Assembly (NCBI GenBank): GCA_964474085.1
Contig: CAYYRJ010000012.1
Coordinates: 7,701-71,700, forward strand
Origin: an uncultured Planctomycetales bacterium
GTDB taxonomy: Bacteria > Omnitrophota > Gorgyraeia > Zapsychrales > JANLHA01
Reading direction: 5' to 3'
Length of the DNA: 64,000 bases
Below are positions 39,101 through 47,600 of the stretch, piece by piece (within the stretch, counting starts at the first letter, position 1; the number at the start of each line of letters is the position of its first letter). The notes beneath the pieces were generated by a model. The model made no database searches. It was not told where the DNA came from and was given only the letters and a program-made list of their open reading frames with translations. The translations under genes were made by a program, and so were the position numbers.

Positions 39101-40429
39101 ATTTTTTTGTTCTCCAATTTGAATATTTCTAACAGCCTGTTCTATTAATTTTACTGACTTCTTTTCAAAGTTTTCAACCGACGCGCTGGCCACCGCCGCC
39201 TGCACTGCCTGCTCTTCTTTTGGCTGTTCGGCTGTTATGACACCAGCTGACGCAAAACGATTATCCTCTATAGCTTTTTGAATGCTTCTTGAAATCTCAG
39301 TTTTCTTTGCAACTGATTCGGGAACCTTAAGAACTTTATTTGTTGCCTTCCAATCAAACCCCCCCGAAAAATATTTGCGCGGCAGGGTCTCTTTGCTGGC
39401 TAAATCGTAGTCTTCCTTAATGAGGTTATAGACACCTTTGCGAAAAGCGGCCAAATACTGTTCATACACCTTTTGCTTAAGGTCTTTTTCGCCGATATTG
39501 ACACCAGCGATCTTGCTTTTGTCGACGTAAATTTTTCCCAAAAGGGAATTTTTTAAATTCTGTTTATACCACGTCGCCAAAATGACCGAGTGATAGATTT
39601 GGCGCACCGCGGCAAAGTTTTTGCCTTCATTGATTTCTTTTTCAAGTTCAGGAAGGATGATTTGACGGACAACTTCCGAAGACACAGAGCTTAACGCCTC
39701 AGCCTTGTCTTGCGAAACATTCTTGCCGCTCAACTTTTCGCTCTTTAAATTTTCTTTCAAAGACGTATAATCTTGATCCAACATCACTTTCAAATGGCTC
39801 TCGCCGATAAAAACATAGCCGTCTTCTTCGAGGATGAGCGCGCGATCTGGAACAATCCACACCTTATTAAAGGTATTGATCGGAATCGAAGTTGTGCCGA
39901 ATTTTTCGTAAGCTTTTTTGTAAACCGTGTCCCAAAACTTTTTGCCGATTTCTTCTTGCGGATTAGTCAACGACGCCGAAAGTTGCTTAAGAAGATAATC
40001 CTGCTCGAGCATTTGCTTGCCCATATCCGTCGAGCCAAGCATGTCAGGAATAATGCGGTCGCCTTCATAGGGAGAAAGATTGACCCACGAATCATTGTCG
40101 GGAATCGTCATTGCAGCCAAGAAATATTTCAAAAGCTTCTGCGTTTCGCCCTTGAGAGCATCTCCGGAAAGCTTATCCTGTCCGCGGTCAACGATAAAAT
40201 CAAATTGCAGCGGATTCTCAGGATGCAGCGTCATCCCCTTTAAGACCGGCGGCTGAAAGGCCGGGCTCAAAAGGACCATTTCCCCAGGTTTTGGAAGATT
40301 GCTGATATATTGCGCGTTTGCGCCTGTTGCGGGTCCGAAAATCAAACTTACCGAAAAAGTGAACGCGACAAAACTACTCGTTATTTTTTTCATCCAGCGA
40401 GACTTTTTGGGGTAAACGAAATCGGACAT
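36170..40429 (-). CDS. Large secreted protein (about 1417 aa) of unknown function
   Basis: AAGGAG RBS 7 nt before the ATG at 40429; signal peptide MSDFVYPKKSRWMKKITSSFVAFTFSVSLIFGPATGANAQ; no recognisable catalytic motifs; Ala/Ser-rich linker and Rossmann-like segments. Confidence 0.6.
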   Translation of the reverse strand: MSDFVYPKKSRWMKKITSSFVAFTFSVSLIFGPATGANAQYISNLPKPGEMVLLSPAFQPPVLKGMTLHPENPLQFDFIVDRGQDKLSGDALKGETQKLLKYFLAAMTIPDNDSWVNLSPYEGDRIIPDMLGSTDMGKQMLEQDYLLKQLSASLTNPQEEIGKKFWDTVYKKAYEKFGTTSIPINTFNKVWIVPDRALILEEDGYVFIGESHLKVMLDQDYTSLKENLKSEKLSGKNVSQDKAEALSSVSSEVVRQIILPELEKEINEGKNFAAVRQIYHSVILATWYKQNLKNSLLGKIYVDKSKIAGVNIGEKDLKQKVYEQYLAAFRKGVYNLIKEDYDLASKETLPRKYFSGGFDWKATNKVLKVPESVAKKTEISRSIQKAIEDNRFASAGVITAEQPKEEQAVQAAVASASVENFEKKSVKLIEQAVRNIQIGEQKNIRQDIAKTLVDTNTVGIFIEFVKTISEIEIKDLNVRRIITEINKNKSVIRLLISAIWTPLLNASVEEAPAAFVSELKKINKLLVEQQKVEPVERRLGVDRRVAAEVPLNKKAVVKGLDKINPAEKISRFMAEIIASQLIRMSWEEPSSTDDLVSQEAKEREVLLLQSAYSLNKLKNIGESPERAEVLAILSKPATQESTERLMSIFLANKGYRLANYAITGYPFTIAHDAGALAAVESGGAMFFVLAADDPRRKGLLPYSEREKMVSEGIRGETVLGILGVSDVSTRVLDQATEYARENKRTDRDGEYNVFLFGAELVARLGPENIKRLKDAGIKIKLRYVFGSDHVDWTLPSKMHEGLKVIRQASVNELTDMLKDIAGVGKALKDIQEAREIAQFLYGLKAQLLAGELSDEAILKERLFKQFPEISAQAVIDQLKQQKIAQSDSAKKLVDNMDARLFGFDPDLFEMEAFIIPRIEDNGTSRDEQIKTINEKIAKLRELVGDHFKIDSPELYPIDNVSATAIRENKSYYFMSPAVERYVRENGIFDYSPRSQQANPISDAFLQDAGLTGLFLKFVSRYFSRGANIFQPENFGPITQYMGLLNDIHSNPADVIAKRAKAQEMADASAASSAIADATVASSAGVANEAAQSDAVDQARKILLISDNQFIGRALDKSLNGQDDIIGAADLGTAQDFVQHQNFDIIVIANLKAGAADKLGTINEFLGKVDLPATTKVIGLAPGEIIARINDPQVDALKEKGVLLQPVERPIAQLADKIREMTPANEQKLAVNQPTVLRLGDLTTQGDLSFTIQLESGQEILVMIEKKFIANGQPAFDIIPLFGNEAVGNRSFKLVRSAFEKNDNQPEEFAGLVRLAVDGRSIVLTSLKSDAKVVYTVASAGVTSSDEKVGGIDFDPSLLNLQIKRNGHGVPLPLPQQNLESINIDGLYPVIINMQPATIENFPFLISAENKEKVPELSMR

Positions 40430-40649
40430 AGGGGATCTCCTTGTAAAGTTAAATAAAACTGTAATGGGAAATTTTTTAGAACAGAGAATTAGACTTTGCA
40501 CGACTGTAAAAAGAATATCACAAAGATATCAGCGCCGCAATCGTTAAAACAAAAGAATACAAAAATAATAGTTTGCAAGCTTATTAATTGCAAACACTTA
40601 TAAAAAAATTATTGGCAATGTATGCCTTATGTATTAATTATGCACAGGC

Positions 40650-41255
40650 TTATAGAATTTCTTTAAACGCAGGGTGATTGATGATAAGCGCCAAAGCTTT
40701 AGTCAAGAGCGTTTTGCCAGGCTCTTTGCGATGCCAAGGCGAAGCGCCCGAAGGATGAGGGAGGGGAATCACGTCGTACAAAATACCGTTTCGCCGAATC
40801 GAGAACTTGCGGCCGATCATCGCATCAAGATTTTCCAAAGGGAGAAACTGGCCGATCGCCAATTTCCCAACGGGAATAAGCAATGCCGGTTTTAAAATTT
40901 TTAATTCCGCGTTTAGCCAACGCGAACAGTTTTCGATTTCCTCTGGGCTAGGGACACGATCGCCGCCGCTTTCCTTTTTTCCGGGGAAACAACGGCAGAC
41001 GGCGGCAAAATAAATTTTCTGACGAAATTGTTCTTCGGTTAATCCTGACGCCTCATAAAACCATTTAAACAATGTCTTTCCAGCTGTCCACGCAAACGGA
41101 CGACCAAATTTTGGTTCCTTGTCGCCGGGCGCCTGACCGATAAGAATGACGCGGCTATTGATCGGCCCGCCGCTGACCGGTGGCGCGTGCATTTTAGGAC
41201 AGAGGCGACAAGCCTTTAAACGACTGATATGATTTTTAAGGTGTTTATACATCAT
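40650..41255 (-). CDS. Uracil-DNA glycosylase, family 4
   Basis: CRLCP...GQAPGDKE...GRPFAWTAGKTL motifs; start taken at MMYKHL (alternative start at 41279). Confidence 0.8.
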   Translation of the reverse strand: MMYKHLKNHISRLKACRLCPKMHAPPVSGGPINSRVILIGQAPGDKEPKFGRPFAWTAGKTLFKWFYEASGLTEEQFRQKIYFAAVCRCFPGKKESGGDRVPSPEEIENCSRWLNAELKILKPALLIPVGKLAIGQFLPLENLDAMIGRKFSIRRNGILYDVIPLPHPSGASPWHRKEPGKTLLTKALALIINHPAFKEIL

Positions 41256-41280
41256 CACTGTCCAAATTAAACTTCCCATC

Positions 41281-41381
41281 CCCCTCGAGACTGGGTCAGA
41301 TGAGGGGCAATTTGAAAAGTGGATTCCCGCTTTCGCGGGAATGACAAAAGAGGTAGTGTCATCCCTGCGAAAGCAGGGATC
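41281..41381. repeat. Cluster of three small palindromic hairpins, two of them GNRA-looped (REP-like)
   Basis: cccctc..gagggg; attcccgc-TTTC-gcgggaat; atccctgc-GAAA-gcagggat; they account for the repeat-derived VIPAKAGIH translation in the extended UDG ORF. Confidence 0.5.
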
Positions 41382-41425
41382 CAAAATTTAAGCGGACTTC
41401 TCTAAGCGCTAAACAATTACATGTT

Positions 41426-42847
41426 CTAATACTTAATCCGCACGCGGTAACGAACCTTCACTTCCCCATCCTTAGGGACATCGACATCAAAACGAGCGGT
41501 AAAAGCATCCACCTTCGTAAACTTCTGGGACTGGCTTAAAACCGTCCAGTCGCCGGGAATCGTTTCTAAAACCTGCACCGCAATATCTGTATCCTTATGA
41601 TTGCGTATCGTCACTTCCCACTCGGATTCATGGCCGCGGTTGATATTCTGATAATCGGTTTGCACACGCTCTGCAACCACATCAAACGCCTCTCCGATTT
41701 TCAAATCCACATCTTCATCTTTAGGCGTGTGCTTGATCGCATCCTCGCCGATAAACTGCAAACTGTCATTCGCATCCGCCTTATACAAGCGCATCGTCCC
41801 GGCGGGAAGCGGAAAACCCATATGATTTTCTTTCGAATTTCTAAATTTCAACATTACCTGTACCGGCACTTTGCCGGTTTCATTGTAAGGCCCGTACCAC
41901 CAGCTATTCTGGCCTTGCACTTTAAAAATTTTTGTTACGCTCGCATCATTGGCTTCCAAAAGACGAATCTGCTTAGTCTGCAAATCTTTAATCGTCGTCG
42001 GATGCTGAAGATCATAAAGGTGATATTCAAAAAACGATTGCTCCGCAAAACCACTGCCCACGCTATCAGCTACCATCGTATTTTTGGTCATCATTTGTTC
42101 CCGATACCTCATCGCATTATCATTGACCCGATTAACTTCTCCGGCCACAAGTTTTAGCTTCGCATTTTTATAAGTGGCCCCGCTTTTGTTGTCCAGCGTC
42201 ACCCAGCCGCTAACGTTGGCCTTCGCATCATTTTTGTCAATGACGACGACATAATCCGCTTTCCATGAAATATTCTGCGTCAAATATGAAACCTCAATGC
42301 TCTGGGGCGACGCGAATTTGTTCTCATACATCCACGTCAAAGTCGGCTTGGCAATCAAGTCGTCGGGCAAAGACGGCAAAATGACCTGCCCCGGATAACC
42401 AATATGAATTTCATTGCCGATTCTGTAAATCTGGCCTTGATTATTACTCAAAAGTTCCGCTTCAACCGTTTCGCTTTTATCTTGGAATTGATTGCGAGTA
42501 ATCAGTTTTAACTTTTTGCCGACATATTTATCCAAAAGCTTGGTCGAATTCATCAAATCATATTCATAATTCTGCTCAAGAATCGAAAAGTCCTGCGGGG
42601 CATTAAGCGACCGGATTGCGACGGTAAAAGGTTGAATAAAAGCCGCCACATCCATAAACTGCATATTCCCGTCGCCTTCAGGCAGCTTAATTTTGCGCGT
42701 GTCTTTGACTAATCCAAGATTCGAGTTATAAACCGTCACTTCAACTGACTCTTGATCGCGCAATGTGCTCGTCAAATCCATGGCCGCAAAAGCGGCTGAC
42801 GCACCAAGAACAAACATGACACCGACTAAACTTTTTAAAATTTTCAT
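41426..42847 (-). CDS. DUF4139 domain protein (mucoidy-inhibitor MuiA-like), secreted
   Basis: Signal peptide; DUF4139/DUF4140-like N-terminal pattern (VTVYNSNLGLVKDTR...). Confidence 0.7.
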   Translation of the reverse strand: MKILKSLVGVMFVLGASAAFAAMDLTSTLRDQESVEVTVYNSNLGLVKDTRKIKLPEGDGNMQFMDVAAFIQPFTVAIRSLNAPQDFSILEQNYEYDLMNSTKLLDKYVGKKLKLITRNQFQDKSETVEAELLSNNQGQIYRIGNEIHIGYPGQVILPSLPDDLIAKPTLTWMYENKFASPQSIEVSYLTQNISWKADYVVVIDKNDAKANVSGWVTLDNKSGATYKNAKLKLVAGEVNRVNDNAMRYREQMMTKNTMVADSVGSGFAEQSFFEYHLYDLQHPTTIKDLQTKQIRLLEANDASVTKIFKVQGQNSWWYGPYNETGKVPVQVMLKFRNSKENHMGFPLPAGTMRLYKADANDSLQFIGEDAIKHTPKDEDVDLKIGEAFDVVAERVQTDYQNINRGHESEWEVTIRNHKDTDIAVQVLETIPGDWTVLSQSQKFTKVDAFTARFDVDVPKDGEVKVRYRVRIKY

Positions 42848-42873
42848 TCCCTAGCCTCCTTGATGTTAAGTTA

Positions 42874-43065
42874 AACCCAAATTTTGCATTACAATCCATT
42901 GCGCGACGATCCGTCGCGCACAAAAAGGCAAATGCAAAATTTGCCTTCGGTTGTCCCACAGGGACAAGGTTAACCCCGCACGTCTCGACGGTGTCGAGAC
43001 ATGCGGCCCTTTGGGCGGATTTTGCTTGACCTCGCAGAAGCGAGGCAAATGCAAAATCCGGGTTA
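42874..43065. repeat. About 190-nt structured element: five GC-rich hairpins flanked by 17-nt imperfect inverted repeats, with an internal GGCAAATGCAAAAT direct repeat
   Basis: Hairpins gcgcgacg/cgtcgcgc, ggcaaat/atttgcc, ttgtccc/gggacaa, ccgcacgtctcgac/gtcgagacatgcgg and cctcgc/gcgagg; flanks aacccaaattttgcatt / aatgcaaaatccgggtt. Confidence 0.45.
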
Positions 43066-43077
43066 AAAACTTGATCA

Positions 43078-43812
43078 TTACTCTACCACTTTTTCACTGT
43101 CCTTGCGATGGCGAATTGACTGAGCCGGAATCCCAAACCACACGTCCCGCGCTTCGACTTTGGTGTCCTTAAGTAGCACAGCGCTGGCCCCAATAATCGC
43201 ATTATCCCCAATTTCACAGCCGGGCATAATCGTGCAGTGAGAGCCGACAGTAACATTTTTGCCAATCACAACTTTCTTAAGTTTCAATTTTCCCCGTTCG
43301 ACCAAATGCCCAATAATAATCGCCCCTCCGCCGACGACCGTGTTGTCGCCGATTTCCAAGAGAGACGCATCATAAACAAATTTGGAATTAAACTGCACAT
43401 TTTTGCCTAACTTGGCACCGAGCAATCGAAAAAGCAAATTCGCAAAAGGCGTAAGCAAAACAAAATCAATAAAGGTGTAATTAATCATCAAGTACAATGA
43501 GCTAATAAACGCCCATTTGAATGCTTCCAAGGAAACAAGCGGATAAACGCCTTCTTTCAAGCGCAAGTTAAGCGCCGTTCGAAATATTCCGACCAAAACA
43601 ATCAGCGTCAGACCAAAAATAAAATAGCCCAAAGCGATGCTTGTTCCCAAAAAGAACAAACGCGGCCAAAGAGACATTTCACCCGTCGACATCCAAACTT
43701 TCATGACGAGCGCCAAACCCGGCATAAGCGCTGCACCAAAAAACAGCGCCCCAAACGCATACATAAAAACAGTAAATGCCGCCTGAGCCAAAGTCATCAG
43801 TAACCACGCCAT
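43078..43812 (-). CDS. Membrane-anchored hexapeptide-repeat (left-handed beta-helix) acyl/acetyltransferase
   Basis: Four N-terminal TM helices followed by hexapeptide repeats (IGDNTVVGGGAIIIGH..VVIGKNVTVGSHCTIMPGCEIGDNAIIGASAVL). Confidence 0.65.
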   Translation of the reverse strand: MAWLLMTLAQAAFTVFMYAFGALFFGAALMPGLALVMKVWMSTGEMSLWPRLFFLGTSIALGYFIFGLTLIVLVGIFRTALNLRLKEGVYPLVSLEAFKWAFISSLYLMINYTFIDFVLLTPFANLLFRLLGAKLGKNVQFNSKFVYDASLLEIGDNTVVGGGAIIIGHLVERGKLKLKKVVIGKNVTVGSHCTIMPGCEIGDNAIIGASAVLLKDTKVEARDVWFGIPAQSIRHRKDSEKVVE

Positions 43813-43843
43813 ACGATCCTCCTGTTTATTGTGATTCTATCCT

Positions 43844-43925
43844 GGTGATTGGGAAAGCCCTTTTAGGCTCAATTGTTTGGCGCCTCTATGGCGCAATTCG
43901 CCTTAAAAGGGCTTTCCCAATCACC
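43844..43925. repeat. Hairpin repeat element, copy C
   Basis: Same core (GGCTCAATTGTTTGGCGCCTCTATGGCGCAATTCGCC); arms GGTGATTGGGAAAGCCCTTTTAGG / CCTTAAAAGGGCTTTCCCAATCACC are perfectly complementary. Confidence 0.7.
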
Positions 43926-43946
43926 TTAACTTACATATCACATTAC

Positions 43947-44675
43947 TTACAACGTTTCTTTAAACCAATTCTTGATCAACCCAACCGTTTCAACCTTGTG
44001 CGTGCGGATCAAATACTCGGCGTGCGGACCGCTTTTGACAATCGCTAAATGTTTGGGAGCTTTTGTTTTTTTGTATAAACTTTCCGAATGCCACGGCTTG
44101 ATGAGCCAATCTTCTGCGCCGTGAATATAGAGAACAGGGCACTTGATCTTTTCAACCAAATCAATCGGCTTATGTTTCTTTTGCCAAAACGGTCCCGGAC
44201 GCACGCCTTTGCCGATCTTGCCCTCGCCAATCAAGCTATAAACAATATCTGTCTCAAAACTCAATTCCCAAAACCGGTATTCTATTTTTTCAAACTCTGT
44301 GGGACTGCTCACAGCGATAAGACTGTCCATCAAATCCCCTCTGGAGGCGACAATCAAACTCGTCGCAGCACCAAGAGAAAACCCAACAACGCCGACTTTT
44401 GAGTAACTCGCTTTTGCGTATTCTAAAACAACCTCCAGATCCAAATACTCCTTGCTCGTCCAATAAAAAAGGCCGCCGCTTTTGCCGTGCCCGCGAAAAT
44501 CCATGATGATGACGTCATAACGATCATCGAGCGCATGTCCCAATTCTTTTAACAAGAGCGCATCTTTGCTGTTAAAAAACCCGTGCGCGATAATCACAAC
44601 TTTGTCATGGCCGTGACGATAATGGTCAAAGGCAATTTTTTGCCCGTCGGAGGTCTTTATCGTATGCATTTTCAT
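43947..44675 (-). CDS. Alpha/beta hydrolase (lysophospholipase/S33-like)
   Basis: HG oxyanion motif (IIAHGFF), GFSLG nucleophile elbow, and C-terminal D/H (IHGAEDW...GPHA). Confidence 0.8.
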   Translation of the reverse strand: MKMHTIKTSDGQKIAFDHYRHGHDKVVIIAHGFFNSKDALLLKELGHALDDRYDVIIMDFRGHGKSGGLFYWTSKEYLDLEVVLEYAKASYSKVGVVGFSLGAATSLIVASRGDLMDSLIAVSSPTEFEKIEYRFWELSFETDIVYSLIGEGKIGKGVRPGPFWQKKHKPIDLVEKIKCPVLYIHGAEDWLIKPWHSESLYKKTKAPKHLAIVKSGPHAEYLIRTHKVETVGLIKNWFKETL

Positions 44676-47600
44676 TAAATCTCCATTGCCTGACGCTTGA
44701 TCGCGCCCAAGTCAAGTTTGCCGCTTCCTAAAAGAGGAATCGCGTCTATTTTGCGAAACGCATCAGCGTCGGGAATCCATAAATTTGGCAAACCGATTTT
44801 CTTTAAGCCGTCGAGCACACTGGCAATATCAAGGTCAATGGTATGCAAAACCACAAGCCTCTCCCCGCGTTTTTCATCCGGCACAGCTGCGACGACACAA
44901 ACCTGCTCGGACGAAGAAAGCACAGCATGAATCGCTTCTTCGATCTTTATATGCGGCACCATTTCCCCGCCGATTTTACTAAAACGGCTTAAACGATCGG
45001 TAATGGTAATAAAACCGTCTTGACCGATTCTGGCAATATCACCCGTCGTATACCAACCATCGTGGATAACCTCTGCTGTTTTTTGCGGCTGGTTCAAATA
45101 ACCTTTCATCACATTAGGCCCGCGCACAAGCAAAAGGCCATCTTTTTCCGCAGCTAAAGTCTCACCGGTATTCTGATCGACGACCTTAACAGCAATCCCG
45201 GGCAGCGGCAAGCCAATCGTGCCCTGTTGTTGGGCTTTTTGCAAATCACCGGTTTTGTCATAATCTGGCAAGTTAATCGAAACAACCGGGGATAATTCGG
45301 TGCATCCATAACCTTCCATAGGAACAACGCCAAATTTGTCGTTAAATTCCTTAGCCAAACTTTCTTTTAACTTCTCCGCGCCTACGGTCACCATACGCAG
45401 ACTTTGAAATTGCTCTTTCTCACAGCGACGGATATATGCGCTTAAAAATGTCGGTGTCGCCATCAGAATACTGGTCTGATAGTCGCCGACCAATTTCCCG
45501 ACGGTTTTGGCATCCAAAGGATTGAAATGATACACCGCCCCAATCCCGCTTAACAGAGGAAACCACAAGGTACCTGTAAAACCAAACGAATGAAAAAACG
45601 GCAAAATCCCCAGCATCACGTCTTTATTTTGAATATTAAAAACTTGATACAACCCCTCCAAGTTAGAGGTGATGTTCCCGTGAGTCAGCATAACCCCCTT
45701 GGGCTCGCCCGTCGAACCGCTGGTAAACATAACGGTCGCAAGCTTTTCGTGCGCACGATAATCTTTGGGCCCAAAGATAAACCAATGCGAAAGTCCCGCA
45801 GGCCAAGCAAAGGCCATGAAAAAGGCTTTGAGCTTTTCAACGTTCGTCAAAGAAGCAATAATGTCCTCGATAAAAAGCACATCGCACGGCAAGCTAATCC
45901 CGGTTTTTTCCAAAAAGCTGCGCGAGCTTATCACATACTGCATCGCGCATTGCTTAATTGTCGACGCTAAGCTGTCCTTAGAGGCCGTGTAATTGATATT
46001 AACCGGCACTTTATTAAGGATTGAAATCGCAATATTGACCAGCGCGCCGGCGACGGATGGAGGAAGAAGAACGCCAATGGTTTTTTCTTGAAAAAGTTTT
46101 CCGTTGATCTTTCGACTGATCGCAACCGCAGAAACAAGCGTTAAAGCATAATTGAGTTTTTTGCCGCTGGAATCCGCAATGCAAAACTTCGACGGATGTT
46201 TACGTGCCTCACACCAAAACGCCTCAGGCAAGGTAACTTTGTCGGCTAGGCGATATTTAAACGCATCGGCGCCTAATTCCATCACCGCGGATCGAACGGC
46301 AAAAGCACTGCTGTTGGCAGGCATTGGTTTTCCGAAAGAAACGGTCACAGGATAGGGAATAATTTTAGGCCATTTTTTTAAATACTTATCCCCCTCGTGG
46401 CTAAAAATACTTCCCCAAATCCGGTCAATGTTAACAGGAACAACCGGACAATCGAGCCCTTTTACAATATGCTCAAGCCCGGCGTTAAACTTAAGAAGAT
46501 TCCCCGTACGGGTCAATTGCCCCTCGGGAAAAATGCAAACCAATTCCCCGTTTTTTAGCGCCTCCTTGGCAATATTAAGAGAACGAATAATTTCTTTAGG
46601 GTTATCTTTGCGGTCAATAGGAATCACACGTCCAACTTTAAACAGCGGACGCAAAATGCTCGTCGTATAAACTTCGCGGCTCATGATAAAACGAATCGGC
46701 CGCGCAATACTAACAACGAGCAAAACCGCATCAACGTACGAAACATGATTACATGCAAGTAGGGCTCCCCCCTTTTGCGGGACATTGTGTTTATCAATAG
46801 CCTTAATCCGATAAAGAGTATGCGTCAAAATCCAAACAATCAGTCGTATCATCGGATATGGCAAAATCCGGCACACATAAACTGCGCCAACAATCGTCGC
46901 TGCACCAATAAACAAAAACGTTTGTGCAGGGTTGACTTTCAAAACTTCCCCCAAAAAATAGATCGCAAATGAAGCAACAAGAATAGCCGCAAACGAAAAG
47001 AAATTGTTCGTTGAAATTATTCGCCCACGCTCGTCGGGCTTGCTCTCAAACTGAATAACCGTATTAAGAGGAACAATATAAAATCCACTGGAAACGCCGA
47101 GCAAAAACAAAGTCCAAAGCACACTCATGTAAGAATGATAATTAAATCCTAACTGCATCGAAAAAACACTCAAGCCCAAAGCTCCCAGTGGCACAAGTCC
47201 AAGCTCGATTTTTTGGTCGGAAAATTTTCCGGCCATAAGCCCGCCGATTCCAATCCCCAACGAAATACTGACGAGCAGCAAGCTCGCCAAAAGATGATCA
47301 ACCCCCATCAAGTTGCGAGCATAAAGTAAAATATTCGGCTGAAACAAACCGCCTAAGAAAGCAAAATATACCAAACCTAAAATAGACAAAAACACCGAGC
47401 GATTCGTGCGGACAAAGCGCGTGTTTTCGATAACTTCCCTTACAAAATTCCATTGAGCTTTACGTTGTGTTCCAGCCGGCGGGACTTTAGAAATAAAAAG
47501 GCTCGTGACAAATCCAAGAACAGCAACCCCGATAAAAACAAAAGACGTTTTATACGGCGCCTGGCCAAAAATCTGCAGAAGATATCCGCCGCTGGCCTGT

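Noticed and set aside
40430-40501. Upstream in-frame extension of the 1443-aa ORF (MQSLILCSKKFPITVLFNFTRRSP)
   Set aside because: A strong AAGGAG RBS sits 7 nt before the internal ATG at 40429. That ATG begins a canonical signal peptide, and the extension has no RBS.
41256-41384. Extended N-terminus of the UDG ORF (MDPCFRRDDTTSFVIPAKAGIHF...)
   Set aside because: This peptide is the translation of the three palindromic hairpins at 41281..41381; family 4 UDGs begin about 12-20 aa before the CxxC motif.
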